From the human T2T-CHM13v2.0 reference genome, Homo sapiens, in the NCBI RefSeq assembly GCF_009914755.1, contig NC_060925.1: a stretch of 64,000 nucleotides of DNA. The stretch is one strand, 5' to 3'. The translations under genes were made by a program, and so were the position numbers. The number at the start of each line of letters is the position of its first letter. Within the stretch, counting starts at the first letter, position 1. Below the pieces are notes generated by a model. It did not search any database. It was given only the letters and a program-made list of their open reading frames with translations, and was not told the DNA's origin. This document shows, one piece after another, positions 15,941-36,912 of the stretch.

Positions 15941-17401
15941 ACTGATACCAAGAGGAAGCCTAAGATAGCAATGTGTACTGCATAGTTGGAAAAGGCTTTA
16001 TGGAAAAGGTAGATTTAAATTTAAAAGTAGACTTTAAGGCTTTGGATAGTTGTAGAGGATGAAGGAGTGTACAAAACATCATGTGTAGGAAGGTAGCATT
16101 AACAGTGACATAGGTACTCAACTTCTTTGGGTGACAATATGGTCTCAAAACCAGAAATCTTGAAGGATATTCTGTACTATTTATTCTCCTTCCCTTATGC
16201 TTTACTGCTAATTGGTTATCTGGTGCTCCTTAACACCTAACTCATAAAATATAACTAACTTAGAAGTTCCTCTTAACTATCATTTGAATCTTTTCCTTTT
16301 CTTGATTTCCACAGATCTAGAACAGTTCAATTCCTCATTTTCTCTTTCTTGGTTTTAGAGTTTCAGGATGCATGTAAAGAACATAATGGTACAAAAATTG
16401 TATTTGTAAGATTAATCATCAAACCGTGCTTCAGATTACCCCCATTTGTCCTAATCTTTATTCATCCCCCCTTGCTATATTTAACTAAGCTTCTGTTTGC
16501 TTTGCCTTTCTTTAATAATCTTTTTTCTTACCCCAACAACTCTCATTCTTCTTTGTTTCCTGGCTACACTTTACATTCTTCCTTGATGGTATTTTCTTAG
16601 ACTTACATCTTGGTTAAAGTGGTCTTCCATCATTTCCTCAGCAGTCTCAATCCTCAAAACACTTTTAACCTATGTACTGCTCAGATATAGCCTGCTCTAC
16701 TCCTTGTATCTTTTAGGTCAGACGTCTTTGACCAGTGCTATTATAGTTACAATAGCTTGAGAATCAGTCCTTTTCTTTCTAGGATAGCCACCTTTTGCTC
16801 ATTTTCTACATTGCTGCTAGAGTGTTTCTTTAAAAATACAAATATGATTATTCTATGTGGCAAATTTAAGAGGCATCTCATTGCCTAAGTTCAAACTACT
16901 TAGATATCAGTTATCTTTTCATTGTTCATTTAAAGAGTGGGAGTACTGCATACCAAGTGAGTTGAAGTCAACTGCAATAGGAAATCTTTGGCAAGTAATT
17001 TTTTCTCAGTTTCTTAACTTGTTACAGTTTTCTTTGCTGCTTCATGCGTTGCCCATCTTCAATTCAGTCTAATATTGCTGTAAATGTGTCTTATTCTTGT
17101 ACTCATTTTTCCATATCTGGATCTATCTTTGCTTTCAATTTGGTATGTAACAGATTCCCCTCCTAGTAGGTTCTATTGCTTCTGCTTTGATTATCAGATA
17201 TATAATATAATAACTATTGAACTAAGGCTTAGATGTTTATTCCTTATTTAGCCTTGGATATGTAATGAGGAATGTAACAGACATGGTATTTGTTCTCATG
17301 AGGTTTGCACTCTTCTTGGAGAGACATACAAAACAAATAATCACAAATAAATATTTAATTATAAATTGGGATAAGTGCTATGAAGGAAATAAAAATGATG
17401 C

Positions 17402-18616
17402 AATGCGGTGGCTGCAATGGACTGTGTGGGCCAGTCCGCAGGCCTACAGGCAAGCGCATATGGGTGAGTGCCAGCTGTGGTGGTAGTGGCAGGCCTGGCT
17501 GACCCTTCATCAGGCACCCAGGAGGAGTGCTTAGGTGCTAATGGTGGTGGATGGGGCAGTGTGATCCCTAGGCTCTTGGACAGTGTACTCAGGCACTTGA
17601 GGGAGCAGAGATAGTCCTCGTGGGCCTATCTTCAGGCTTCCCAGTTGTGTTTATAGGTGCTGGCTCTGGTGGGCAGGGGTGGGGTGATTCCTATGCCCCT
17701 GATGGAGCACTCAGGTGAGTGCTGCAGCAGTTGTGGTGAGCTGGGAGAGCCTGCCCTTAGAGCATGTGCAAGTGTGCTGCGGCCCTGCTGCCAGGGAGTG
17801 TGCGATTGTTGTAGGTGGCAGCAGCTATAGGCAGGCCTCTGAGGAGTGTGCGCTTCAGCCCCAGGCATCAGCTGTCCGTGAGCCTGTACTCAGGGCATGT
17901 GACCCCGCTGCTGGGGGCAGTGAGGTTGCTGCTAGTGGTTCTGGCTTCACCTGGTAGCTGGCAGTGGCAGAGGTTGTGGCTGTGAGCAAGGTAGCTTGTC
18001 CTTGGGGTGTTTGCAAATGTGTGATGGCCCTTCTGCTGGGGTGACATGGGATTGATGCCATTGGCTTATGCTTTGGCTCCAGCAGCAGCAGCCAGTAGTA
18101 GCAGCTGCAGGAGCGGGAGCCTTTTCCTGGCGCACGCACGGGAAGATGTGCTGCAGTCCTGCTGTTGGTAGGGGGCAGGGTTGCTGCCAGTGGGGTGCAC
18201 TTCAGTCTTGGTAGCAGTAGCCAGCAGTGAGTATTGGCAGGTGGGGGATGTCAGTGGGGCTCCAGGGATATGGAGATGCGGGGGTTTTTGGGCCCCAGAG
18301 CAGGATGTAGTCTCCTGGGGGCTGGGCTCTCAAAATGGTACGGGGCTATAGCTGCTTAGAACTCAGAGGGTGGGTGGGACCCAGCATAAATTCCCTCTAT
18401 GGAGCAATGCCTTTGTGAGATCTCTAGGCAGCTACCTATGTTAATCTCAGGGTCCAAAGGACCCTTCCTTGCCTTAGGTGTTTCCTGACACATCTCTTTT
18501 GAATTCCAGTGTTCTTTCTTAGAGGATCTATTTGAAGTGTAATTTATCTACTCACTAATTTAGTTATTCTTTGTGGAGGAGGTGAGTGGGCAGATGCCTC
18601 TAGTCAGCCATCTTGA
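17402..18616 (-). mobile_element. Isolated 5'UTR of an old L1 (L1M/L1PB-type)
   Basis: GC-rich block ending in CTAGTCAGCCATCTTG (reverse complement CAAGATGGCTGACTAG, the YY1-site start of L1 5'UTRs). Confidence 0.7.
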
Positions 18617-18685
18617 AGCCTTTCTTGTTTTTAAACTTTCGTCTTACATTTTCTACCTCTTTGTTCTTTTTCCTGAATTGGGAGG

Positions 18686-18843
18686 TATCTCTATCCTATC
18701 TCTGTCTGTATCTCTATCTTTATCTGTATCTCCATCTGTATCTGTATCTGTATCTCTATCTCATCTCTATCTTTATCTGTATCTCCATCTGTATCTGTAT
18801 CTGTATCTCTATCTATCTCATCTCTATCTCTATCTCTCTATCT
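18686..18843. repeat. Compound (TATCTC/TATCTG)n simple repeat
   Basis: degenerate hexamer array. Confidence 0.9.
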
Positions 18844-20884
18844 AAATTTGTTTCTCCCTTGCTAATTCAATCTTTAAATATGTCTGTTTTGCTATTTTCA
18901 AAATCTCAGTTGTCAAATTTTAAATTTCTAAGAGCTCTAGGTAATCTATTTCAGGGATCTGGTATCCTGTTGGAACACTATACTTAGTCAAATATCTGTT
19001 TCTGTTCACTCTATTAACTCTTTTTCTTTGGGTTTTAGTTTTTTTCACAGTTTAATTTGGAGCTTTCTTTTTCATTGTTTTGCTTTTCTTCACAAATTGT
19101 TGGTACCTGATTGTTGACTCTCTAAGTATAAGTATTCTTCTTTTCCCACTTGTGTATTACAATCTAATTCTTCTGATTATGGGAGTGAGTGGGAGTTGCT
19201 GTGGGGAAAGGTGGGCATAGCAGCTTGTCTTTTACTATAGGGGATGTTTATCTTGCTTAAGAATAATAAGCTATTTGTAACACTACCTCATCTGCCACCC
19301 AAATTCCTAGGATCCTTACTTTATCCTGAGGTGGGCTTTGTGGTGAGAGGTATGGTCACTTGGTCTTGTTCCACATAGCCTTCATTGAATTAGTGTGAGT
19401 TGTTTTTTTTTTTTCTCCAAGGATTCGTTAATTTTCTGGTTTGTTAATGATAGTCTCTTATTTTGTTAATGTTGTTCTTTTATATATATTTTTTCTCGTA
19501 CTTTTTTTTCTAATTTTGTGGGATTGGGGTGAGAGAACATATAGAGACATGCTCAGTCCACTGTCTTTAATCAATTTTTGAGTTTTTAAAAATTAAGTAT
19601 TTTTACCTGAAATAACACTTTCTAGTTAAATAAGCTATGTATACGCCAGGTTTTTCTTTTGGATTCTATATTGACATTTTATATTTTGTTAATTTTCTTT
19701 AAAGACTGTGGACAATTATTACAAGTGTTTTAAAAAATGTACAGAGTTTGAGAAATTTTCAGTAAGTCTATTACATTTCCATTAATCAATAAGGACCCTT
19801 AACAGTGAGGAAGGACAATATTTCAGACACAATAAATTTTTAGCTGACAGCTGGACATATTAGGGAACTCTGTAGGCAGTTTCTTTTTTGGTTTAATTTT
19901 TTGTGGGCAGGTTAAAAATATAAGAAAGTTGAAAAATGCGGGAGGCTTGGGCTGGAAAGATTTTTCAATTTATTAGCATAATGTTGAACTCATGGAACTG
20001 TAGAAAGAAAAACATTGGGCTTTATTTTTTAGGATGGCAAGAAAGAAGGCTGTCAGCAAAGAAAACAAGAACAGGAGGTAGAGAGGAAACAGGACATATG
20101 AATAGTGCAAAATCAAAGAGGAAAAAATGGGGAGAAGTTAATAGTATCAAATAGTACAAACCTCCACAATGATGAAGACTTAAGAATTGTATCACAAAAT
20201 GGTTATTGGTGATCCTTAAGATGACAATTTTATTATTATGGTGATAAGCATTAGTTTTACTTGGAGTTCAAAATGAAATGTGTAGGTAACAAATAGGAAT
20301 TTGTTGGAAAAACAAACTAAGAAATTTGATAGCTGCTTGAAAGAGCAGAAAGGTCAGATATTGTTTTATAATCAAATAGAATGTTTAGACGAGATAAGGG
20401 AAATTAAAGATTCCTCTACATAGAATCTGTGTATATTGGTAGCGTAAGGGCAGAGTCTCAGAGGAGGTGGGAATGTTGAATCCAAAGTACAATGCTCAGA
20501 GTTAGCTTGAGAAAAGAGAATCACTTCTTTTAAGTTTGGAGTGAAGATTAAAATGTCAGATGTTTAGACAGTGATGAGTTGAAGGTAAATGTACATTCTG
20601 ACCTCATTTCAAATATATTTTATATAGATTTATTGCTTATTTTGCTTTATGAACTTTGGGTTATTTGGCAATGGCATTAACTTTAGAGAAACATTACTAT
20701 TAATATTTATCTTTTATTAGCTTTTCATAGTTAGATTTGGACTCCCTCTATGCTTTACATTGCTCTAGTTGCATTTGTCTCTCCTGATTTTTCCCTTTTG
20801 CGTAGTATTATGCTTGTTCCTTCTGTCTCTTTTCCTATTCTTTTAATCCAGCTTTTTAACACATTTTTTTTTTGCTCATTTTAG

Positions 20885-20946
20885 AAGAGATGACTAAGCT
20901 TACAAATAACAAAGAAGTAGAACTTGAAGAATTGAAAAAAGTCTTG
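20885..20946 (+). CDS. SYCP1: SYCP1 coding exon (62 nt) (E)EMTKLTNNKEVELEELKKVL
   Basis: long pyrimidine tract + ttag acceptor, GTAAGT donor. Confidence 0.95.
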
Positions 20947-21379
20947 GTAAGTATAGTCTTTCCTATTAATATATAGCAATTACTTTTCAGAAGAATATTG
21001 AATCCCTTAACTTATAGACTCTCACACTATAGATGTTTTATACTAATTTTTTCAGCTAAAATGTAAAAATTATATTTGGTTTTAAGTAAAGATGCATTTT
21101 TTAGACCAATTTTTATATACCTTGTTAACTGTCTTCATCAAGCTGTTTATATCATTTGAATATGTGTTGATAGCACACTAAGATCAAATTTGCATGTTAT
21201 GTAGCTGATTGTAAATTTGGTAATTTTGGATGTTGTACCCTTTGAACAATAAAGATGCAATTTTGAAAAAGGTGTATGATATATATTCAGTACCTATATT
21301 TAATGTTCAGGTAAAATCATGTTTAGTGAAGATGTAGGGTAAAATTTCATTGTATTTTAATTGATTACAGTATATAGAA

Positions 21380-21603
21380 CATGGGTCAGCAAACTGTCTG
21401 TAGAGGACTAGATAGTAAATATTTTACAGTTTGTGGGCCATACATGGTCTCTCTTTTCTCCTTCTCTGCCTTTGCCTCCTCTGCCTTCTCTCTTTTATTT
21501 TTAAGAACCTTGTAAAAATATAAAAACCATTCCTAGCTTAAGGGTCTAGGAAAACAGACTGCAGGCTGAATTTGTCTTGCATACTGCAGTTTTCTGGCCC
21601 CTG
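21380..21603. mobile_element. MER58-type hAT-Charlie MITE
   Basis: termini catgggtcagcaaact / cagttttctggcccctg; 8-bp TSD ATATAGAA / ATGTAGAA. Confidence 0.75.
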
Positions 21604-22236
21604 ATGTAGAATATAATATTGTTTATGATGACTGATAATTGATTTTGTGTTTACCTATCACATCTCTACCTGATTTTGCAGCTCCTAGTTCTTCTGTCCC
21701 TTGGGGAGCATTATTTTAAAATATTTTTCTTTTCTCCATTTAATTGCTCCGGGACAAACTCTTTGTAACTAATAATAATGTTTTCAGTGCTTTCAGATTT
21801 ATTAATGCATACTTATACAAGTCTTAGCTTAAATGTCAGTGCTTTATGAAACCTCTCTTGATACTCTAGGCTAGGTTTAGGTCTTTGTATGGCTTATTTC
21901 CATAGCACCCTGAATTTTTCCTTTGTAACACTTATCACAAATGAAATTCATTTATTTTTGGTATTATTATTTAAGGCTTTATTCACCCTTTAGACTCCTT
22001 ACCTAGCATAGTGGCTGGCACATAGTAGGTGCTCAATAAATAAATAGTGGAATGAATGTATGCTTCAATAAGGGTTAGGAGCCTTTGTGTTGTTTACCTT
22101 GTAACTCTAGTACTTAGCACAGAAAGTGACACTTTGTAACACTTTATAAATATTTGTTGAATGAATACTAAAGCATTGGCTTTTATATAACGATTCACTT
22201 CTGCATGGACAAGGACTGGTTTGGAGGTTTTGTTAT

Positions 22237-28103
<5,867 letters not shown>

Positions 28104-28334
28104 TTATATATGAACAACATCAATATCTGGATTCTCAGGATCAGAATGTCTTGATTGGTGTGCAGCTCTTTACTTGTTAGCTATATGATCAAGAGCAGTT
28201 TACCTAAACTCTTGATGCCTCAGTTTTTCCATCTATGAAATGGAAAAAATAATTGTACATATTTCATAGGGTGATTGTGAGGAATAAATAAGACAATTCA
28301 CTTACTCATTTAACAAACATTTGTTGAGTTTTTC

Positions 28335-28625
28335 AGCTGGGCATGCTGGCTCACACCTGTAATCTCAGCACTTTGGGAAGCTGAGGTGAGCGGATCACTT
28401 GAGGCCAGGAGTTCGAGATCGGCCTAGACAGTATGGCAAAACCCTGTCTCTACTAAAAATACAAAAATTAGCTGGGCGTGGTGGCAGTGTGACTATAATC
28501 CCAGCTACTTGGGAGGCTGAGACAGAGAATCGCTTGAGCCCGGGAGGCGGAGGTTGCAGTGAGCTGAGATTGAACCACTGCACTCCAGCCTGGGCAACAG
28601 AGTGGACCCTGTCTGAAGAACAAAA
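28335..28625 (+). mobile_element. AluS-type SINE inserted in an L2 end (MIR about 28120-28290, L2 to about 29250)
   Basis: Alu dimer; duplicated AACAAACATTTGTTGAGTTTT at 28312-28332 and 28625-28645. Confidence 0.88.
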
Positions 28626-29539
28626 ACAAACATTTGTTGAGTTTTAATTATGCTAAAACTCTGGGGATACAGTGGGGAGCAAATGGACCCATATACTGCC
28701 TTCATGGAACAACAGCCATCAAGTAGTCACACTTAAATTCAATCACTCATTGAAATGTAACATTACAATGGTGACAAGGGCATTAAAGGATTAGTTCATA
28801 GTATGATGAGGCCTATGATAAAAGGACTTGAACTAGTTAGGTTAGGATAGGCTTTTTTGAAGAAGTAAGGATTGAACTGAAATCTGGAGAAAAAATACAG
28901 CATATCAGATAGAGGAAACATGCTAAGATTCTTTTCATGGGAGGGAGTATGGTGAGTACATGATGAAGTGAAAGATGCTGCTGGAGAGTTAGATAGGAGC
29001 CTTACAATTCATGGCCTTGTAAATCATATCAAAGGAATTTTGTATTTATCCTAAGAGGGATGGGACACTCCAGATGATTTTAGCAGGGAGTGACTTGATC
29101 AGATTTGCATTTCAAAAAGCACATTTGGCCTGAAGGAGAATAGTGTATTAAGGCAGAACAGTTAAGAGTAGACAGACAATCACAGTAGCCAGAGGAGAGA
29201 TGATGGTGGCTTAGTCTGGGAGGTCGTAGTAGTAGTGAGAAAAAGTGATGTAGGATGACATTACCATTTGTTTAAAATACTCTCCTTTCTCCATTGAATT
29301 GCTTTTGCACATTTATTATAAAAATCAATTGGCCATGTTTGTATGGGTCTATTTCTGGACTCTCTTACATTTTCTTGGTGTATTTGTCTATTCATTTGCC
29401 AATATTGCAGTGTCTTGATTACTGTAGATTTAATACTAAGTCTTAGAATTGAGTAATGTGATTCCTCCAACTTTATTATTCATTTTCAAAATTGTTGTAG
29501 CTATTCTAGTTCCTTTACATTTCCATATAAATTTTATAA

Positions 29540-29852
<313 letters not shown>

Positions 29853-30650
29853 TAGAATTAGCTTTTCTATACCTTAAAAAACTCTTGCTGAAATTTTTAT
29901 TGGAATTGTGTGAAATATATAGATTAATTCAGGTTGAACTGACATCATTAGTACGTTGAATCTTCTAGTACATGAACGTAGTATCTGTTTCTATTTTTAT
30001 AGATCTTCTTTATAATGATTTATTTCATTAGCATTTTGCAGTATTCAGCATACAGTACTGTAAATGTTATATTAGGTTTATACCTAAGTATTTCTCTTTT
30101 TGCAGGTATTTTAAATAACTACCAAATAGGCATTTGATTTCTTTTTCTTGCCTTATTGCATGGCCTCAGACTGCCAGTATGCTGAATAACAGTGGTGAGC
30201 TTGTAAATCTTTGATATCCTGATCTTAAGAGAAAAACATTCAGTGTTTTACCATTAAGTTATGATGTTACTTGCAGGTTTTTTGTAGAAAGTTCTCTTGT
30301 ATTTCTAGTTCACTGAAAGTTTATATTATGAATTGAAGTTGAATTGTGTGAAACGCTTTTTCTGTGTCAATTTATATGATCATGTGGTTTTTCTTCTTTA
30401 GACCATTAATGTGGTGTATTCATTGATTTACAAATATTGAATGAACCTTGCATTTCCAGGATAAACCCCATTTGGTGTTGAGTATTGTACTTTTTTTCTA
30501 TTTCACTGAATTTTATTTGTTAATATTTTGCTGAGGATTTTTATATTTGAGTTCATAAGAGATATTGGTCTGTAGATTTCTTTTCTTTTGCTATCTGTGT
30601 CTGGTTTTGGAGACAAAGTAATGCTGGCTTTGTAAAATGAACTGAGAAGC

Positions 30651-31044
30651 TGTTTCACAGAGGCAGGTCTTTGCAAACCTATTCCAAAGTTCAAAGAAGC
30701 TTAGAGGCTGAAGAAAGAGGCTTATAAATCCAGTTTCTTGGAAACATTTAATAGGGACTTACAAACAGAAGCCATGTGTGTCTCAAGTAGTGGTAAGACA
30801 AGATGATGAATCCCTGCATCGTTAACCCCCAGACCCAAGGATTATATACCTTAGAGGAGGGGTACATGTGCTTCAGAGGCAATACTAGAAATATGTCCTA
30901 AGGGCAGGATTTACGGGAAGTACCTTCTTGTACACAAGGAACAATAGATAAACTGGAAATCTTAGAGGACTTTCTGGAACAGGGGTTAAGCAGAAGCCAA
31001 CATGGTAGATTAGCTTCCAAGATAGAGTTGTTTTATGCTCCATA
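30651..31044 (-). mobile_element. Solo LTR, LTR47-like (ERVL class), nested in L1
   Basis: 394 bp, 5-bp TSD GAAGC at 30646-30650 and 31045-31049; reverse strand reads ...caactctatcttggaagctaatc... Confidence 0.78.
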
Positions 31045-31243
31045 GAAGCTTTTGTTTCTTTTCTGTTTTCTGGAAGAGATTGTGTAAAATTGGTATAATT
31101 TCTTCTTTAAGTGGTAGAATTCTCTAGTGAAACCACTTGGGTCTAGAGATTTCTTTTTGGCAAGGTCTTCACTATGGATTTAATTTTTTTTATTGTTATA
31201 GAACTATGCAGGTTACCTGTTTAATCTTGAATGATTTTGGTAG

Positions 31244-31713
<470 letters not shown>

Positions 31714-33009
31714 TAGTCTGGTAGAGGTTTCTTAATTTCATAGATCTTTTCAAATAATTAGTTTATATTTCATTGATTCTTTCTATTGTTTTTCTGTTTT
31801 CAATCTCATTGTTTTCTGCTCATATCTTTATTATTTCCTTCCTTCTGCTACTTTGAGTTTATTTTGCTCTCTTTCTAGATTCCTAAGGTGGAAGTTTAGA
31901 TTGTTTTGAGACCTTTCTTTTTTGTAAGCATTTGCATGCTATAAATTTCCTCTAGTCACCTTTTCAGCTGCATTTCACAAATTTTTATGTGTTGTATTCT
32001 CATTTAGTTTAAAATAGTTTTAAATTTCTCTTGAGGGTTTTCCTTTGATCCCATTTAGAAGTCTATTGTTCAATTTCCATGTATTTGGAGAATTTCCTGT
32101 TATTTTTTGTTATTCTTTCCTAGTTTAACTTTGTTATGGTCAGAGAATGTACTTTTGTAAAAAATTTCTTAAGGTTTGTTTTATGTATCAGATATGATAT
32201 ATCTTAGTGAATGTTCCATGTGCACTGAAAATAATATGTATTCTGCTATTGTTAGGTAGAGTGTTCTGTAATTGTCAATTAGGCTCAGTTGGCTGATGGT
32301 GTTGTACAAATATATGTTTTTAATTGAATTTTTGGGTCTAATTCTATTATTTACTGAGAGAAGAGTTAAAACTAGTAGGATTTTGGAATTGTTTATTTAT
32401 CTATTTAATTCTATCAGTGATTGCTTCGTGTGTTTTGAACTTCTGCTATAAACTTCACATTTATATCTAACTACCATATCTTCTTGATGAATTGACCCTT
32501 TGATTATAATTAAATGCCCTCAATTTCTGATAATACTTTTTTGTTTTAAAGTCTATTTTAACATATTATTATAGCCACTCCATGTTTCTTATGCTTGTTG
32601 TTTGCATGATATATCTTACAACCTACATTTGACTTTATATTTGTACATATGTGCTTATATGTAGCCTGCATATAATTGGGTCTTCTTTCTTTATGCACTC
32701 CGACAATCACTGCTAATTGGAGAATTTAGACCATTGATATCTTTAAAAATTGTTGTTTAAGTGTTGATGTGGCTTAGATTAGATTCACCATTTAAAAGTT
32801 GTTTTCCGTTTGCTCCTTTGTTTTGTTCCTCTTTTAAACTCTCTGCCTTCTTTTGGGTTATTTGAATATTTTTTGGCATTCCGTTTTAATGTATCTACTG
32901 GTATTTTATCTATACTTCTCTGCATTTATTTTTGTGGCTGTTCTAAGGATTACAGCATGTATCCATTACCTTGTCTATATTGAGTTAATATTGTACCACT
33001 TCATGTTAA

Positions 33010-33276
<267 letters not shown>

Positions 33277-34866
33277 TATTTATGTCCTTTTCCCACTTTG
33301 TCCTTTATGCTAGAGTTGTCATATATATTACACCTACATGCATTTACATCTTCCAAGACAGTGCTATAATTTTTGCTTTAGTAGTCATATGTTTTTTAAA
33401 TAACTTGAAGAAAAATGATCTTTTATATTTATTGCAATATTTACCAGTTGTGATATTCTTTATTTTTTCCTGAAGATCCACGTTTACCTCTAATATTGTT
33501 CTCCTTCAGCCTAAAGAACTTCCTTTAGTATTTCTTGTAGTGCAGTTTTGCTGCTGACAAATTTTCTTAGTTTTTCTTTTTGAATATATTATTTATTTAC
33601 TCTTCATTCTGGAAGGATTTTTTTTTTTTTTTGTTATAGGATTGTGGGTTGACAGTTTTGTTTCTTTCAGCACCTTAAAGATGATGTCTTATTGTCTTTG
33701 ATCCTCCATGTTTTCTAATGAGAGACTCACATGCTTTCAAGATTTTCTCCCTAACTTTGATTTTCAGCAGTATGTAAGTGAAGTTGAATTATTATATTTG
33801 AGATTCACTGCACTTCATAAATCTGTAAATTTTTAACTTTCTTCAGATATGGGAAGTTTTGGCCATTTAAATATTTTTCTGCCCTATTTTTGCTGTCTTC
33901 TCCTTCTAAGATTACAATTATACATTGATTTGATCTTTTTATATTGTTCCACGGGTTCCTGAGGTGCTATTCATTTTATTTCAATGTTTTTTCTCTGTAT
34001 TCTTCAGACTATCGATTCTGTTGTTCTGATAGTCAGATTCACTGTCTCTTTCCTTGTAATCTCCATTGTGCTCCCATGAGCATTCAATGAATTTTTTTTT
34101 ACCAGCTCTAAAATTTCCATTTGTTCTTATTTTCTATTTCTTTCCTTAGATTTTCTATCTTTTTATTCATTTTAAGAGTATTTCCTATACCTGATTGAGC
34201 AAAACTGAATTAGCTGCATTAAAGTTCTCATCTGATAAAGTTCTCACATCTTGGTTATACTGGGGTTAGCATATATCTGTTGCCTTTTCCCTTGAGAATG
34301 TTGACATTTTACCAGTTCTTTGTATGTTGAATAATTTTGGATTATATTCAGGACATTGTGAAGGTTATATTATGTAGATTCTGTTACATTCTTCTGAATA
34401 ATGTAAATGTTTTTGTTTTATCTATCAGTTTGCTAGATTCAAAAATAAACTTTATCTCACCTTCTATAAATGGTGCTTCAAATCTTAGTTTAATTCTCTG
34501 AGCCTTTGGTGTACTACTTTTGACTCTGTATATGAATGTATGCTTCATGGGTTGTTTTTAAATTTGTGTAGTATTCATACATAGAATCAGGAGATTACTT
34601 TCAGTGGTTCTTTGTTCTGTATGATTTCTCCTTTATATTCTGGCAGCTGGTTGTGGGTCCCAGGGCTCCTTTCCCTGGTTCTACCAGGTTCCTCTAGCAA
34701 GAGAGATGGTGGGGTTTCTATTGTAGTTTTAGCTGCCTATACCACACTGCTTAGCAGTGACATTTCACCATTGGGACAAAGCTACCAAAACTGACAAACT
34801 CACTCCTCTTCCAGCCACTTGTGTTAATTTTTTTTTTACTTGTTAAAATCCTTAGGTTATATATTG

Positions 34867-34929
34867 TCTCTCTCTCTCTCTCCCCCGCCCTCCCTCCCTC
34901 CTTCCTTCTTTCCCTCTCTCTCCCTTGCT

Positions 34930-34969
<40 letters not shown>
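34867..34969. repeat. CT-rich tract followed by (CA)n
   Basis: directly visible. Confidence 0.9.
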
Positions 34970-34973
<4 letters not shown>

Positions 34974-35830
34974 ATATGTATTTATGTATTTTGTCCAGAG
35001 TTTATAGAAGTTTTCAGTGGGAGAGTTGGTCTCTGGGCATGAGATTATAGTGACATACTGAAAGCTAAAAGACTGCTTCTATTTTTTGATCCTTCAAATG
35101 GAGACATAAAAATCTGACTTCCATAGAGTAGTGTAAAGAATGAAAATATATTTTAAGCATCTAGTGAGGGCTGGTCATACAGAAGTCATCTGAAAGCATG
35201 AAACCATGGTTATTGTTATCAATCTGTCTCCACAGTCCTTGATATAATTTAAACACTTTTCATCTTGCATTTGTTTTGGCACAGTAGTCTCATTACTGGC
35301 TTTCTTGTTTTTAGGTTCGCCCTACTTAAGCTTTCTTCTGCACTATTGCTAGTGTTATCTTTTAAAATCGCAAATAGGATTATATATTGTTACAGTAACA
35401 TTTATGATGATTCCACATTGTCTATAGATAAAATTCAAACTCCTTAACTACAATTAGTAGTTTTTATGGTTAATAATATAGGACCTTTTATTGTGAGGCC
35501 TTTTATAAAATCATTGTGATGTCATGCTTGGGAAGACAAAGTAAAAAGTGAGTTCATAAATATATGCTGTGTTGGATAGTAGAAGGAATGATGAGAAATT
35601 AATCATCTGTAACTAAACAATTAATTATTGTGTTCCAGGGCTGTGTCTACTGAATTGTCTGTCATCATGTTTAGTCTTTGAATTTACTTAATATTGACTA
35701 ATTTTCTCTTTTTAAAGAATTTTAGCCAGGGGGAAGCTCATAGTTCTTTCCACAGCTCCATTTGGGCAGTTTGATTACTTTCACTATGTGTATGGTTTGG
35801 CATTCCTGATTTGTTAATGTTTATAAATAG

Positions 35831-35935
35831 GGAGAAAAGGAAACACTTTTATATGAAAATAAACAATTTGAGAAGATTGCTGAAGAATTAAAAGGAACAG
35901 AACAAGAACTAATTGGTCTTCTCCAAGCCAGAGAG
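35831..35935 (+). CDS. SYCP1: SYCP1 coding exon (105 nt, phase 0-0) GEKETLLYENKQFEKIAEELKGTEQELIGLLQARE
   Basis: aaatag acceptor, GAG|GTTTGT donor. Confidence 0.95.
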
Positions 35936-36201
35936 GTTTGTTTAAGGAAACATTTTTATTTTAAATATTTTGTTAATAGAACATAGATTTATGGATTATG
36001 GTATAAGTATTTCTTTTGTTAAAGATTTCTTCACAAAATTCCTTTCCAAGCATTTATTATTACATTAATATATTTATGATTGATTTAAAACACATCTAGA
36101 CAACCCCCATATTATAATGTGAGAAAGATCAGCATTTAAAAGATCAATATGATGCATTATGCTATGGTTTATAATAGTGATATTTCTTGATGTCTTGAGT
36201 A

Positions 36202-36361
36202 TTTTTTCTTTTGAGACAGAGTCTTGCTATGTTGCCCAGGCTGGAGTGAAGTAGCTAATTCAAATGCACAATCATTGCACACTGCAGCTTTGAACTCCTG
36301 TGCTTCCTGGCTCATCCCCTCAAGTAGCTAGGATTATAGGGGCACACCATCATGCCTAGCC
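36202..36361 (-). mobile_element. Alu monomer (FRAM/AluJ right arm)
   Basis: gagacagagtcttgc...gtagctaggattatagg; AGTATTT flanking both sides. Confidence 0.8.
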
Positions 36362-36912
36362 AAGTATTTCTTAATTGGTACATTTGAAATTTAGACTTCA
36401 TTAAGTTAGGTTCTTAGTTTATAGTACTTTTTATAGTGCTCATGTTATAGTTTTAGAATTTGTATTTTAAAGTATGTTTCCAGTCCATGACAGTATTACA
36501 TCTTGTCTTTTTATAATAAGAAGAACATTATAGTTCTTATTATTTTATAATAATAAGAACATTTTAGTTTTTTAAGACACTACCTGATTTCATCAATTAA
36601 TATATTTCTCCTTGATAATATAACATTTTAATAGAAATTAGTTACTTGGCAGAGTGAGAATATTTTATAGCATATAAATGTTTTTCTGGTTGAATTTTAC
36701 AATATCGAGATAGAATTTACTTATACTGAATATGTCATTGTTCATTGTTTTAAAATTATAGTGATTATTCACTTTAAATTTACTCGTTTAAAATATTTGA
36801 CATAACCTGCCAAATTTTTGCCAAATATATGACTTAATTACACAGTGACTATACCTTTTAAATGAGAAAATTCGAAAAACACTTGCCATAGTTATATATG
36901 TTTATTTTGCAG

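Noticed and set aside
18573-18987. ORFs rich in LYLYLY/SISISI
   Set aside because: Produced by the hexamer simple repeat
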